Shown in pieces: positions 9,867-19,580 of a stretch of DNA of 64,000 nucleotides. This stretch comes from Sulfurimonadaceae bacterium. Its GTDB lineage: Bacteria > Campylobacterota > Campylobacteria > Campylobacterales > Sulfurimonadaceae. Below the pieces are notes generated by a model. The model was given only the letters and a program-made list of their open reading frames with translations. It was not told where the DNA came from and did not search any database. The stretch is taken from contig JBFFUI010000004.1 of NCBI GenBank assembly GCA_041571435.1, forward strand, positions 30,525 to 94,524, given 5' to 3'. Every line of letters begins with the position of its first letter. Position 1 is the first letter of the stretch. The translations under genes and the position numbers were made by a program.

Positions 9867-11160
9867 AACAGTACTCACTTCGTTGCTGACCCTGACACTT
9901 TTTAGCGGCTGTTCTATGCATGTAAACCGCGAGCACGATCTACAAAAACAAGAGCCGATGTATGTGGATGAAAATACATTGGCCATGTTTGCATTTGATG
10001 CGTTAAACCGCAACAACAGTGCGGAAGCGGTCGGCTACTTTGACCTGTTGTATGAGAAAACCGAAGACGATATATACCGAGACCAAGCTATGAGTATCTT
10101 GATGAACGGGGGCTACTACAGCGATGTCGCTGCCCGATTGAACGACAGACGCCAAAAGGGTGAAGTACTTTCGGACGAAAATCGGCGTTATCTGGTTGTG
10201 GCGCTGTTAGCGAAAAATGAGATGGTGGCTGCAAAAAAAGAGGCGCTTGAATTGGCTGAGAAGAGTCCGATTGAACAAAACTATATGGTGTTGGCGCAGG
10301 TCTATTTGCAAGAGAAGGACTACATCAACGCTTTGGCGACACTCGAAGAGGCCTATCAGCTTAACTATTCAGAGCAGGCTCTAGAAAAGATTGCGGTGAT
10401 CACCTATGTCAATCTGAATAACCCCTATAAGGCCATATCAAGGATAGAAGAACACAGTAAAAACCTCGGCTACTCGCTGCTTTTGACAAAACGTCTGGTC
10501 TCGTTTTACGGTGATCAGCAAGATGAAGCGGGCTTATTGAAAAACTATCCCCACCTCTACGAGCTGGAACCGACAGAGAACAATGCCGGTATACTGATAC
10601 AGCTCTACTGGAATGCGAATAAGATACCGGAACTGACACAGTTTTTGGAACGCACCCACACGAACGATGCCCTGTTGTTAAAGATCTATGTCAGTGAAAA
10701 AGTGTATAAAAAAGCGGTTCCTCTCTCTCAAAAGCTTTATGAAGCGACAGGCGAACTCGACTATCTGGGGCAAAAAGCGATTTATCAGTATGAAGGGGCC
10801 GCAAACAGAAGTGACGAGCAACTTTTGGACAGTGTCATCGATGACCTGACGAAAGTCGTTGAAGTCAAGGAAGAGGGCTATTATCTGAACTATCTCGGTT
10901 ACTGTATGATCGAACATGACCGTAACATTACGGCCGGGATAGCGTATGTGAAACGCGCGTTGGCGATCGAGCCCGATTCGGGGTATTTTATCGACTCTCT
11001 GGCCTGGGGATACTACAAACAGGGTGAGTGTCAGAAAGCGGATGCCCTGATGGATCGGGTCGTTGAACTTTTGGGTGCCGATGATCCGGAAGTTAAAAAC
11101 CATCGCAACGCTATCAACAAGTGTCTGGAAAGCTCTAAAAAAAGGAAAAACAGTAAATGA
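9859..11160 (+). CDS. Tetratricopeptide-repeat lipoprotein
   Basis: Lipobox FSGC; helical TPR repeats ending LNYLGY...DSLAWGYYK. Confidence 0.85.
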   Translation: MYKTVLTSLLTLTLFSGCSMHVNREHDLQKQEPMYVDENTLAMFAFDALNRNNSAEAVGYFDLLYEKTEDDIYRDQAMSILMNGGYYSDVAARLNDRRQKGEVLSDENRRYLVVALLAKNEMVAAKKEALELAEKSPIEQNYMVLAQVYLQEKDYINALATLEEAYQLNYSEQALEKIAVITYVNLNNPYKAISRIEEHSKNLGYSLLLTKRLVSFYGDQQDEAGLLKNYPHLYELEPTENNAGILIQLYWNANKIPELTQFLERTHTNDALLLKIYVSEKVYKKAVPLSQKLYEATGELDYLGQKAIYQYEGAANRSDEQLLDSVIDDLTKVVEVKEEGYYLNYLGYCMIEHDRNITAGIAYVKRALAIEPDSGYFIDSLAWGYYKQGECQKADALMDRVVELLGADDPEVKNHRNAINKCLESSKKRKNSK

Positions 11161-11948
11161 TATTAGATGAGATTATCGCCAAGACCAAGGAAGACCTTGC
11201 CATACGCGAAAAAGAGTTTTCGATGGAGTGGTTGGGGCGTTCACTTGCTTTTAATGCACGTGCACCGCGTGATGTTATTCCGTATTTAAAGTCGACGGAA
11301 GAGGACAAATATCGCATTATTACCGAGGTGAAAAAAGCGAGCCCGTCCAAGGGTATTATCCGTGAGGATTTTGACCCGTTGGCGATCGGCCAGGCGTATG
11401 AACGCGGTGGTGCCAGTGCGATCTCGGTTCTGACCGAACCGCACTATTTTAAAGGGAGTCTTGATTATCTTTCGGCGCTTCGCCGTTATGTCAGTATCCC
11501 ACTGCTTCGTAAAGACTTCATCGTCTCGGAATACCAGCTATTGGAAGCGCTGGTCCATGGGGCGGACTTTGTGCTGCTTATCGCAGCAGCTCTCTCTCGT
11601 AAAGAGCTCAAACATCTTCTCAACTATACGCGTCACCTGGGTATGGAAGCGCTTGTCGAAGTGCATGACAAGTCGGACCTGACCAAGGCGATCTTCGCCG
11701 GCGCCGACATCATCGGTATCAACCACCGAAACCTGCAGACTTTTGAGATGAACATGAACCTCTCGTATGAGCTGATCCCGCTGATTCCCAACGGAAAGAT
11801 CATCGTGGCCGAAAGCGGTATCTATGAACACGGACAGCTGGAAGACCTGAATAAAGCGGGTGTCGATGCTTTCCTGGTCGGTGAATCACTGATGCGCCAA
11901 GATGATGTTGAGAGTGCCGTACGCTGTCTTAAAACAGGTGACTGCTGA
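11157..11948 (+). CDS. trpC: Indole-3-glycerol phosphate synthase
   Basis: [28 protein letters not shown] and AESGI motifs. Confidence 0.97.
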   Translation: MILDEIIAKTKEDLAIREKEFSMEWLGRSLAFNARAPRDVIPYLKSTEEDKYRIITEVKKASPSKGIIREDFDPLAIGQAYERGGASAISVLTEPHYFKGSLDYLSALRRYVSIPLLRKDFIVSEYQLLEALVHGADFVLLIAAALSRKELKHLLNYTRHLGMEALVEVHDKSDLTKAIFAGADIIGINHRNLQTFEMNMNLSYELIPLIPNGKIIVAESGIYEHGQLEDLNKAGVDAFLVGESLMRQDDVESAVRCLKTGDC

Positions 11949-12640
11949 TGAGAGGTCTGTTTCTGTCGCTTCTGGCTCTTCTTGTCATGACAGGCTGTTC
12001 AACGTCGCCTAAAGAGCAACCGCAGCCGCAAGAGCGACACAAAAGCCAATCGCCGCATATAGACTTCAACAGTGAAAAGAGTAGTGCCGCATTTATCGTA
12101 CCGACCTACCATGAAGAGAGTATGGCAGACAGTGACCATGACGGTGTGGAAGATGGTAAAGACCGCTGTACAGAGACCCCTATCGGTGTCGAAGTCGATG
12201 CAGAGGGGTGTGCATACGATCGAGACAAAGACGGTATCAAAGACTATGAGGATATGTGCCCTGACTCAATGCCGCATGCCAAGATAAAAGCGGACGGTTG
12301 TGCCGACTTTATCTCGTTTAACCTCTACTACGCACCGCGTGTGAATGAGATAACGCCTAAGTCGATGTCCATTCTTGAAAAAGCGGTTGGTTACCTTGAA
12401 GAACACCCGGAGTATAAGGTCAAGATCACAGGCCATACCGACAATGTCGGCGATGAGGCGTACAACCTGAAACTCTCTAAAGAACGTGCAGAAGATGTTT
12501 TGAAACTATTTAACCGTAAAGGGATCAACTTCAACCGATTAAGTGCTACAGGTAAGGGTGAAGCCGAACCGATCGAAACGAACGAGACCGATGAAGGGCG
12601 TGCCATTAACCGCCGTATTGAGGTCGAGCTCTACCAATAA
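11948..12640 (+). CDS. OmpA-family peptidoglycan-binding lipoprotein with TSP3-like Ca-binding repeats
   Basis: Lipobox MTGC; DSDHDGV..D.C and DRDKDGI..D.C repeats; GHTD...NLKLS..RA and NRRIE. Confidence 0.9.
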   Translation: MRGLFLSLLALLVMTGCSTSPKEQPQPQERHKSQSPHIDFNSEKSSAAFIVPTYHEESMADSDHDGVEDGKDRCTETPIGVEVDAEGCAYDRDKDGIKDYEDMCPDSMPHAKIKADGCADFISFNLYYAPRVNEITPKSMSILEKAVGYLEEHPEYKVKITGHTDNVGDEAYNLKLSKERAEDVLKLFNRKGINFNRLSATGKGEAEPIETNETDEGRAINRRIEVELYQ

Positions 12641-12679
12641 AGAGCGGTGTCTCTGTACGTTTACGGCCGAGACGACATC

Positions 12680-12704
12680 GAAGAGCTAAAACCTTCGCTC
12701 TTTT
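12680..12704 (+). terminator. Possible intrinsic terminator after the trmN6-ompA gene run
   Basis: aagagc-N10-gctctt hairpin followed by a short T run. Confidence 0.35.
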
Positions 12705-12901
12705 CAACATGCCCCTTCTATAGTCAGTGTAAATTTTTCCTCACTAACCATCGCAATTCCATAAAGATCAATGCTTTTTTACGGATTCCCTTTTTAATAC
12801 GTGTGTTGTTTTATCGGTTTGTCCCAGTATTAAAATTCTTGGGGACCGGTTTCAGACAGTATCGGTACAGAGGATCTAGTCAGGCAGATCTCCGCTGACT
12901 T

Positions 12902-13777
12902 TTAAAAGCGGATGGAGACGTAGAAGCTTAGGTCAAAGGTCATGTCATCCGAGAGGAAGTTGTTTCTTCGGTAGAGAACATAAGAGGGCTTTGTTGTCGT
13001 CTCGTATTCGCTTTTAGGAAGCCACTCATGGTAGACCCAGTGGATGAACTTCAGGCTGTCACCGTGTTTTCCTTGCAGATCGAAGCGGGCATAGATACCG
13101 TCTGAGATCTTGAATTTCGGCAGGCGGTCACTTTCTACCTCTTCAGCATTATTCGCAACGATACAGGCAATGTATTGACACTCATCGAGCGGTGTAATGG
13201 TCGGGTTGTCATGGAACAGACCGATCTCGTCAAAATCCTCGATCCCTTGTCCCATCGCCCAGGTCTGAAGCTTCTGCCAGGTCTGTCTTATGGTCGGACC
13301 GTACCCTTTATGGCGGATGTAATAACTTTCGATAGCGGGCATCTTGACGATCGTCGGTTCCATGTCACTGAAATCTGCAGTTGAGCGGACAGCGATCTCA
13401 GACTGTTGGAGGATACGTTTTGAGTAACTTCTGTATCCACCGTTGCGCCACGCTTTTGGCGACATCTCAAATCGCTCTTTGAAGGCTTTGATAAACGAGG
13501 AGTGCGAACTGTAGCCGCAGAGGTTCGCGATTTCCGAGATTGTCGTATATTTATTGGTCAAAAGCAGGTTCGAGGCTTTTTGTAGACGGATCGATTTGAT
13601 ACTTTCGTAAATATTTTTTCCGAAAGCCTCTTTGAAGATCCGGTGCATGTGGAACTTGCTGACGCCAAGATCGCTGCTCAGCTCTTCGACATCGATGTGG
13701 GTATCGATATGCGTGTAGATATAGTACATGATATCATTGGCGATCTTGGTTCGTTTTTGCAGGGTCGTCTTTTTCAT
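12902..13777 (-). CDS. AraC family regulator with C-terminal GyrI-like ligand-binding domain
   Basis: SKFHMHRIFK...IRLQKA...GYSSHSSF..AFK...SP HTH; GyrI-like HDNP.ITP, G.YA and W.Y..WLP.S. Confidence 0.9.
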   Translation of the reverse strand: MKKTTLQKRTKIANDIMYYIYTHIDTHIDVEELSSDLGVSKFHMHRIFKEAFGKNIYESIKSIRLQKASNLLLTNKYTTISEIANLCGYSSHSSFIKAFKERFEMSPKAWRNGGYRSYSKRILQQSEIAVRSTADFSDMEPTIVKMPAIESYYIRHKGYGPTIRQTWQKLQTWAMGQGIEDFDEIGLFHDNPTITPLDECQYIACIVANNAEEVESDRLPKFKISDGIYARFDLQGKHGDSLKFIHWVYHEWLPKSEYETTTKPSYVLYRRNNFLSDDMTFDLSFYVSIRF

Positions 13778-13928
13778 ATCACTATTATATAGCAATTATA
13801 GACAATTTAATAAACATATATGAATTATATTGAGAGCATATATAGATTAAAATAGGAACACAAAAAATAAAGAATAAATCGGCGTAACATTCTACAATAC
13901 TCCCATCATATAAAAAGGTGGAAGCGCA

Positions 13929-15380
13929 ATGCAAAAGATCACAAAAATATTGGTTGCCAACAGGGGCGAAATAGCGCTGCGAATCATTCGGGCCTGCCGC
14001 GAACTGGAGATCAAAAGTGTGGCAATGTTCTCGGAAGTGGACATAGAGGCGATATGGGTCAGAAAAGCTGACGAGTGCTACCCGATCCTCGGTAACCCTA
14101 TTGAGGCATATCTCGATTATGAACGGATCATCTCACTGGCGATAAAAGCGGGCTGCGAAGCGATCCATCCCGGGTACGGCTTTCTCTCTGAAAGCGCGGA
14201 ATTTGCAAAAGCATGTGAGGAGAAAGGGCTTATCTTTATCGGGCCGAAGGCAGAACATATTGCGCTGTTCGGTGACAAGATGGCCTCCAAGATCGCGATG
14301 AAAGCGGTCGGGGTGCCGGTGCTTGAAGGCACTGATGAACCGGTCAGCTCGCTGGAAGAGGGGGCGCGTATCTCTGAAGAGATCGGCTTTCCTGTCATTA
14401 TCAAAGCGGCGTTTGGCGGCGGCGGCAGAGGAATGCGTATCGTCAGGGAGGCGAATGAATTTGATGACCTTTTCGAGTCGGCGACCTCCGAAGCGAAGAA
14501 GTATTTCGGTAGGGGAGAGATGTTCATCGAAAAGTATGTCGAGAACCCTCGCCACATCGAAGTACAGATCATTGCCGATAAATATGGTAAGGTGGTACAT
14601 CTCGGCGAGAGGGACTGCTCCATTCAGCGCCGTCACCAGAAAGTGATAGAGATCGCCCCCTCCCCAAGACTCAATGATGCGGTCAGACAGGAACTTTTCC
14701 GTATCTCGACCGAGGCGATGTTGGAGCTTGGCTATGAGAGCGTCGGTACCATCGAATTTCTAGTGGACGAAGCGGACAACATCTATTTTATTGAGATGAA
14801 CACGCGAGTCCAGGTCGAACACCCGGTAACGGAGCTGATCTCCGGTATCGACATCATCCAGCGGATGATCCAGATCGCAGAAGGGGACGGACTGCGTTAC
14901 GCTCAGGAGGAGATCGCTTTTCGCGGTTACGCTATTGAGTTCCGTATTAATGCGGAGGATCCGAAAAATAACTTTTTTCCTGCTGTCGGAAAGATCACCA
15001 ACTATATGGCACCCGGCGGACCGGGGGTGCGACTTGACACCAGCCTCTACGCAGGCTACACGATCCCGGGTAACTATGACTCTATGATCGGTAAACTGAT
15101 CATCTGGTCATTAGACTGGGAGGGTGTTGTCAAAAAAGCGCGACGGGCTCTAGATGAGTTTTATATCGACGGCATTGTCACCAATATCCCTCTGCACAGA
15201 GAGATAACCAGGGACAGAGACTTTATGGAAGGAACATTTGACACGGGGTACCTTGATCAGAAACTACCGCATTTTAATTTAGAGGCGGTGGATCATATTC
15301 AAGAGGAAGAAAAACGTATGGCGGATATCACTGCATTGATCGAGACGATTACCAGCAAAAAGATCAATATACGCCATTAG
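13929..15380 (+). CDS. Biotin carboxylase subunit (AccC / pyruvate carboxylase subunit A family)
   Basis: ANRGEIA, HPGYGFLSE, GGGGRGMR, RDCSIQRRHQK, EMNTRVQVEH, RINAED and YDSMIGKL motifs. Confidence 0.93.
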   Translation: MQKITKILVANRGEIALRIIRACRELEIKSVAMFSEVDIEAIWVRKADECYPILGNPIEAYLDYERIISLAIKAGCEAIHPGYGFLSESAEFAKACEEKGLIFIGPKAEHIALFGDKMASKIAMKAVGVPVLEGTDEPVSSLEEGARISEEIGFPVIIKAAFGGGGRGMRIVREANEFDDLFESATSEAKKYFGRGEMFIEKYVENPRHIEVQIIADKYGKVVHLGERDCSIQRRHQKVIEIAPSPRLNDAVRQELFRISTEAMLELGYESVGTIEFLVDEADNIYFIEMNTRVQVEHPVTELISGIDIIQRMIQIAEGDGLRYAQEEIAFRGYAIEFRINAEDPKNNFFPAVGKITNYMAPGGPGVRLDTSLYAGYTIPGNYDSMIGKLIIWSLDWEGVVKKARRALDEFYIDGIVTNIPLHREITRDRDFMEGTFDTGYLDQKLPHFNLEAVDHIQEEEKRMADITALIETITSKKINIRH

Positions 15381-15670
15381 CCACTGTTTAGTGCTTCGTC
15401 GCTCCTGACTGAAGCGCTCTTCTCCTCTAGATGTACTGATTGCATAGGCAAAAATACGGACAAAACCGGGCCAAAGTTATCGGGAAGCTTTACTCATAAC
15501 ATCAACGCACTCAATTATAATCAAAAGCATCTTTTGGGTTTTCTATGCATTTTGGCAACGGAGAGACAGATTTTGTCCGCACTACGCTTAAAGTTTTTTC
15601 CATCTATTTTTTATCAGTTGCAACCCCTGTTGGAGTGTTATAATGGACCATAACACTGCAAGGAGCAAGG

Positions 15671-16498
15671 ATGAAAATTGCGCTAACCGGTGCCAGCGGT
15701 TTTGTCGGTCAGGCACTTCAGGATTTCTATCAAGAGAGTGTGGTTATTGACCGCAACGATGACGAGATGATGATACTTAAAAAGCTTGAGGGAGTCGATG
15801 TCGTTATAAATCTCGCGGGTGCGCCGATCATCAAGCGTTGGAGCGATCCCTACAAGAAAGTACTTTTGCAGAGCCGAATTTTGACCACCGAACGGCTGGT
15901 CCGAGCCATCAACAAAAGTAGTGTCTCGCACTTCATTTCAACCTCTGCTATCGGTATCTATCCGGATGACCGTCAGTGTGACGAAGGGTGTAAGGAGCTC
16001 GCTAATGACTTTTTGGGACAACTGGCCCGAAAGTGGGAAAACGAGGCAAGGCAGTGCACTAAACCAACGACTATTTTGCGTTTTGGTGTGGTCTTGGGCA
16101 GTGAAGGAGGTGCTTTGAAACAGATGCTGACACCGTTTAGACTTGGTGTCGGAGGGATGATAGGAAACGGGATGATGATGACCAGTTGGATTGCCCTTGA
16201 AGATTTGATCGATATCTACGACTTCGTGATAAGAGGACAACGCGAGGGGACTTATAATGCAGTATCGCCGAATCCTGTAAGCAACTACCACTTTACCAAA
16301 GCACTCGGCAAGACACTGCACCGCCCAACCGTTCTGCCCATCCCGGAATTTGCGCTGCGTCTGATGTACGGTGAAGCGGCAACGGTGTTGACCGGTTCCA
16401 AAGAGATCTATCCAAAAGCATTGGAAGAGGCAGGTTTTGTGTTCAAGTACCGTGACATAGAATCGGCACTGCAGGCGATCGTTAAAAATAAGATCTGA
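15671..16498 (+). CDS. TIGR01777 (YfcH-like) NAD-dependent epimerase/oxidoreductase
   Basis: TGASGFVG, INLAGAPI..RW, SAIGIY, LRFGVVL and NAVSPNPV motifs. Confidence 0.92.
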   Translation: MKIALTGASGFVGQALQDFYQESVVIDRNDDEMMILKKLEGVDVVINLAGAPIIKRWSDPYKKVLLQSRILTTERLVRAINKSSVSHFISTSAIGIYPDDRQCDEGCKELANDFLGQLARKWENEARQCTKPTTILRFGVVLGSEGGALKQMLTPFRLGVGGMIGNGMMMTSWIALEDLIDIYDFVIRGQREGTYNAVSPNPVSNYHFTKALGKTLHRPTVLPIPEFALRLMYGEAATVLTGSKEIYPKALEEAGFVFKYRDIESALQAIVKNKI

Positions 16499-16608
16499 TG
16501 TAAGCATGTTGGCACTTATCAAAAACTATGTTATCTCTTTAGTATCCATTATTCACATCTGGGCATAACGTTATAAGACCGATTAAAAACCTCTAAAGAA
16601 AAAATGCT

Positions 16609-17052
16609 TTAGATCACCATTTGGATAAGGCTCTCAGCCCACATACTGAGTTGCTCTTTTGAGAGCGCACTCGTAAAGCGGTTTACCTCTTGGCCGTTTT
16701 TAAACGCGATAACGGTCGGGAGCTTATTGACACCGTACAGGCGTGCAACCTCTTGATGTTCTACGGTGTTGACCTTCAAAAAACGAACTTCCAGAGCACA
16801 GCCTTTTGCAGCTTCTTCGTAATCCGGTGCCATTTTCATACAGGGTGCACAATCGGGAGAATAAAAATCGACGAGGACGGGAATATCGTTATCATTGATA
16901 TGGATCTTGCAGCTACTGTCGGAACAATCGACAGGCGTGGTCTCTTCCAGCGGGACACTGCAGGATGTGCAAGGGGAGGGGCTCTTTTCGATAACATTTA
17001 TTATAGTATTGACGGTATTGCATTGGGGACAGACAATATTAAGGGTTTCCAT
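16609..17052 (-). CDS. trxC: Thioredoxin 2 (TrxC)-like protein with N-terminal Zn finger and variant DCAPC active site
   Basis: CPQC...CTSC Zn ribbon, then PVLVDFYSPDCAPCMKMAP and a cis-Pro LPT motif. Confidence 0.85.
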   Translation of the reverse strand: METLNIVCPQCNTVNTIINVIEKSPSPCTSCSVPLEETTPVDCSDSSCKIHINDNDIPVLVDFYSPDCAPCMKMAPDYEEAAKGCALEVRFLKVNTVEHQEVARLYGVNKLPTVIAFKNGQEVNRFTSALSKEQLSMWAESLIQMVI

Positions 17053-17208
17053 ATTCTTCCTTTAGGCTTACAGTGCATAATCTGTACTTTTACGAGTCCC
17101 TGCGTTTGATAGGTGCGCATTGATACGTTGTTGCATTACTGATACGTTTATGTAGTATCTTTGCAATCGAAGCGCTATAGACTGTTTTAAAAAAGAGGAG
17201 GAAGTGAT

Positions 17209-17475
17209 ATGTTCATTTCATTAAGAGAGGTTAAGACTTTTGTTGGTAGGGAGATGGCTGTTCGTCTGTGCGAATGGATCGAAAACTATACACCGGTGAC
17301 ATGCAGACAGGGGCAGGAGGTTAAGGATGGTTTAGAGTTCGACATCGATGAAGCGATCGAGTATGCAAAGATCAAGATACATCAGGAGAGTTTTAAACGG
17401 GCATTTTTTCCGCATCTGGTAAAGTTGAAACACGATATGGTATGTAACGGCCTTGAGAAGGTCCGCTCAGCATAG
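17209..17475 (+). CDS. Small hypothetical protein (88 aa)
   Basis: Strong GAGGAGG RBS; fills the gap between trxC and yqeY; no family recognised. Confidence 0.65.
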   Translation: MFISLREVKTFVGREMAVRLCEWIENYTPVTCRQGQEVKDGLEFDIDEAIEYAKIKIHQESFKRAFFPHLVKLKHDMVCNGLEKVRSA

Positions 17476-17524
17476 AAGTGCGTACTAAAGCAGTGCAGTA
17501 GATCTCAGGCTGCTGGTTGAGTCG

Positions 17525-17968
17525 TTACGAAAGAAGGGCTTTAGCGCATTGGTTGATGCGTTTACCGTCAGCGATACCGTTTAGCTCTTTGGATGCTGTT
17601 CCCATCACCTTGCCGATATCTTTCATCGATTCTGCACCAACGTTAGCGATGATGGTTTTGATACGTGCTTCAAGTTCTGCGTCATCAAGCTGCTTCGGCA
17701 GGTACTCTTCATAGATCGTTATCTCCGCCATCTCTTTGTCATAAAGGTCGTCACGGCCGGCATCTTTATATTGTGACGCGGCGTCCTGGCGTTGTTTGAC
17801 CTGTTTTTGAATGATCTTCAGTGTGGCTTCATCGTCTAGTTCGATACGCTCATCGACTTCGATCTGTTTGAACGCTGAGGTCAATAGTCTAAGCGCGTCG
17901 CGACGCACTGTGTCTTTGGCTTTCATCGCCTCTTTGACTTCGTTTTGGATCTGTTCTTTTAATGACAT
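17525..17968 (-). CDS. GatB/YqeY domain protein
   Basis: KEAMKAKD..R...LR, KQVKQR, YLPKQL and DIGKVMG motifs. Confidence 0.93.
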   Translation of the reverse strand: MSLKEQIQNEVKEAMKAKDTVRRDALRLLTSAFKQIEVDERIELDDEATLKIIQKQVKQRQDAASQYKDAGRDDLYDKEMAEITIYEEYLPKQLDDAELEARIKTIIANVGAESMKDIGKVMGTASKELNGIADGKRINQCAKALLS

Positions 17969-18038
17969 GGTATTTCCTTTATGTTAAGTAAAACGTACTG
18001 AGGCACGTCAATGCGCCGCAAATAGTACGGCGTGCGTA

Positions 18039-19577
18039 TTAATAGTTGACAGCGACTTTGTAGGTCGGGTCGTTCTCTTCAAAGGTACAGTGCGGTCCCG
18101 CATTTTTCATCAGGATCTTACAATCTTTTGAGAGGTGGCGAAGCGTGAGGTTCTTACCGGTCTCTTCGTATTTTTTCGTCAGCGTGTCGACCGCTTCGAT
18201 GCCCGAAGCGTCCATAACGCGTGCATTATGAAAGTCAATGACGACGCGCGGCGGGTCCTGGTCGATAGTGAAGGTGTCCATGAAACTGGTCACCGAACCG
18301 AAGAAGAGGGGACCGTCTAGTTCGTAGACTTTGGTACCGTCAGCCTCGACGGTTGTTTTGGAGAAGATACGGGCATGTTTCCAGGCGAAGACCAGAGCCG
18401 AGATGATGACACCCGAGATCACGGCAACGGCAAGGTCGGAGAAGATGGTAATGACGGTGACGACGACCATGACCAATGCATCGCTCTTTGGCATGTGCTT
18501 TATGTGGCTGGCACTGCTCCACTCAAATGTCCCGATGCTCACCATGAACATGATCCCGACCAGAACGGCGACGGGGATGATGTTCAATAGGTCGGTCAGT
18601 GTGGCGACCAACAGCATCAGTCCGACGGCAGCCGTGATGCCCGAAAGACGGCCGAGCCCGCCGGAGGTGTAGTTGATGATGGACTGGCCGATCATGGCAC
18701 ATCCTGGCATACCGCCGAAAAGACCGCAGGTCATGTTACCGCTGCCCAGGGCGATACACTCTTTGTTACCCGAACCGCGTGTACCGCTCATCTCGTCAAG
18801 GACAGAGAGCGTCAGCAGTGACTCGATCAGTCCGACCAGTGCGACGATAACGGCATATGGTAATACCATGGCAATGGCGTCAAGGCTCAAGATCGTTTCC
18901 GGGATATGGAACGACGGCAGCTGTCCTTTAAACGCACTGAGGTCTGTCAGGTGTCCGACGGTGATGGTGTTGATGCTGCCGTAGTAGACAAGCAGTGTCA
19001 GGGTGATAATAGCGATCAGTCCTGCCGGGATCGCCTTGGTGTATTTAGGAAGGAAGTACATGATGAGCATCGTTGAGATGACCAGCAGATACATCTCGGT
19101 TCCCTGACCTTCGAAAAACTTGAACTGTGCCATGGCGATCACGATGGCAAGACCGTTGACAAAACCGTACATCGCCGGTTGCGGGACAAGGCGGATAAAT
19201 TTACCCATTTTGAAAACACCTGCCATCACCTGTATGAGACCGGCCAGAACAGCCGTAAGGGTGATGTACTGGAGCACGCCGAAGGCGAGGTCCTCGCCGC
19301 TGAGCCCCTGAGAAGAGAGCATCGTACTGGCCTGTAGGCTCAGAGCGACAAGGACGACCGCTACAGAGCCGGTCGCACCCGAGATCATCCCCGGCTTTCC
19401 GCCGATCAGTGCCGTAATAAGTCCCAGGATAAAGGCGGTGTAGAGACCGACGATCGGACTGACGTCGGCGATGAATGAGAAGGCGATCGCTTCGGGAACG
19501 AGAGCAACGGCGACGACAAGTCCGGATAGGACGTCGTTTTTGATGTTTTTGGAAGAGTAGTTGGAGATGTTGAACAA
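18039..19577 (-). CDS. SulP family anion transporter with STAS domain
   Basis: VALVPEAIAF, GGKPGMISGATG, GCAMIGQS; C-terminal GPLFFGS and D.SG STAS motifs. TTG start just after valS. Confidence 0.93.
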   Translation of the reverse strand: MFNISNYSSKNIKNDVLSGLVVAVALVPEAIAFSFIADVSPIVGLYTAFILGLITALIGGKPGMISGATGSVAVVLVALSLQASTMLSSQGLSGEDLAFGVLQYITLTAVLAGLIQVMAGVFKMGKFIRLVPQPAMYGFVNGLAIVIAMAQFKFFEGQGTEMYLLVISTMLIMYFLPKYTKAIPAGLIAIITLTLLVYYGSINTITVGHLTDLSAFKGQLPSFHIPETILSLDAIAMVLPYAVIVALVGLIESLLTLSVLDEMSGTRGSGNKECIALGSGNMTCGLFGGMPGCAMIGQSIINYTSGGLGRLSGITAAVGLMLLVATLTDLLNIIPVAVLVGIMFMVSIGTFEWSSASHIKHMPKSDALVMVVVTVITIFSDLAVAVISGVIISALVFAWKHARIFSKTTVEADGTKVYELDGPLFFGSVTSFMDTFTIDQDPPRVVIDFHNARVMDASGIEAVDTLTKKYEETGKNLTLRHLSKDCKILMKNAGPHCTFEENDPTYKVAVNY

Positions 19578-19580
19578 ATA

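Noticed and set aside
12647-12898. 83-aa ORF after ompA
   Set aside because: GTG start without a clear RBS, atypical composition, and it overlaps a hairpin/terminator region between convergent genes.
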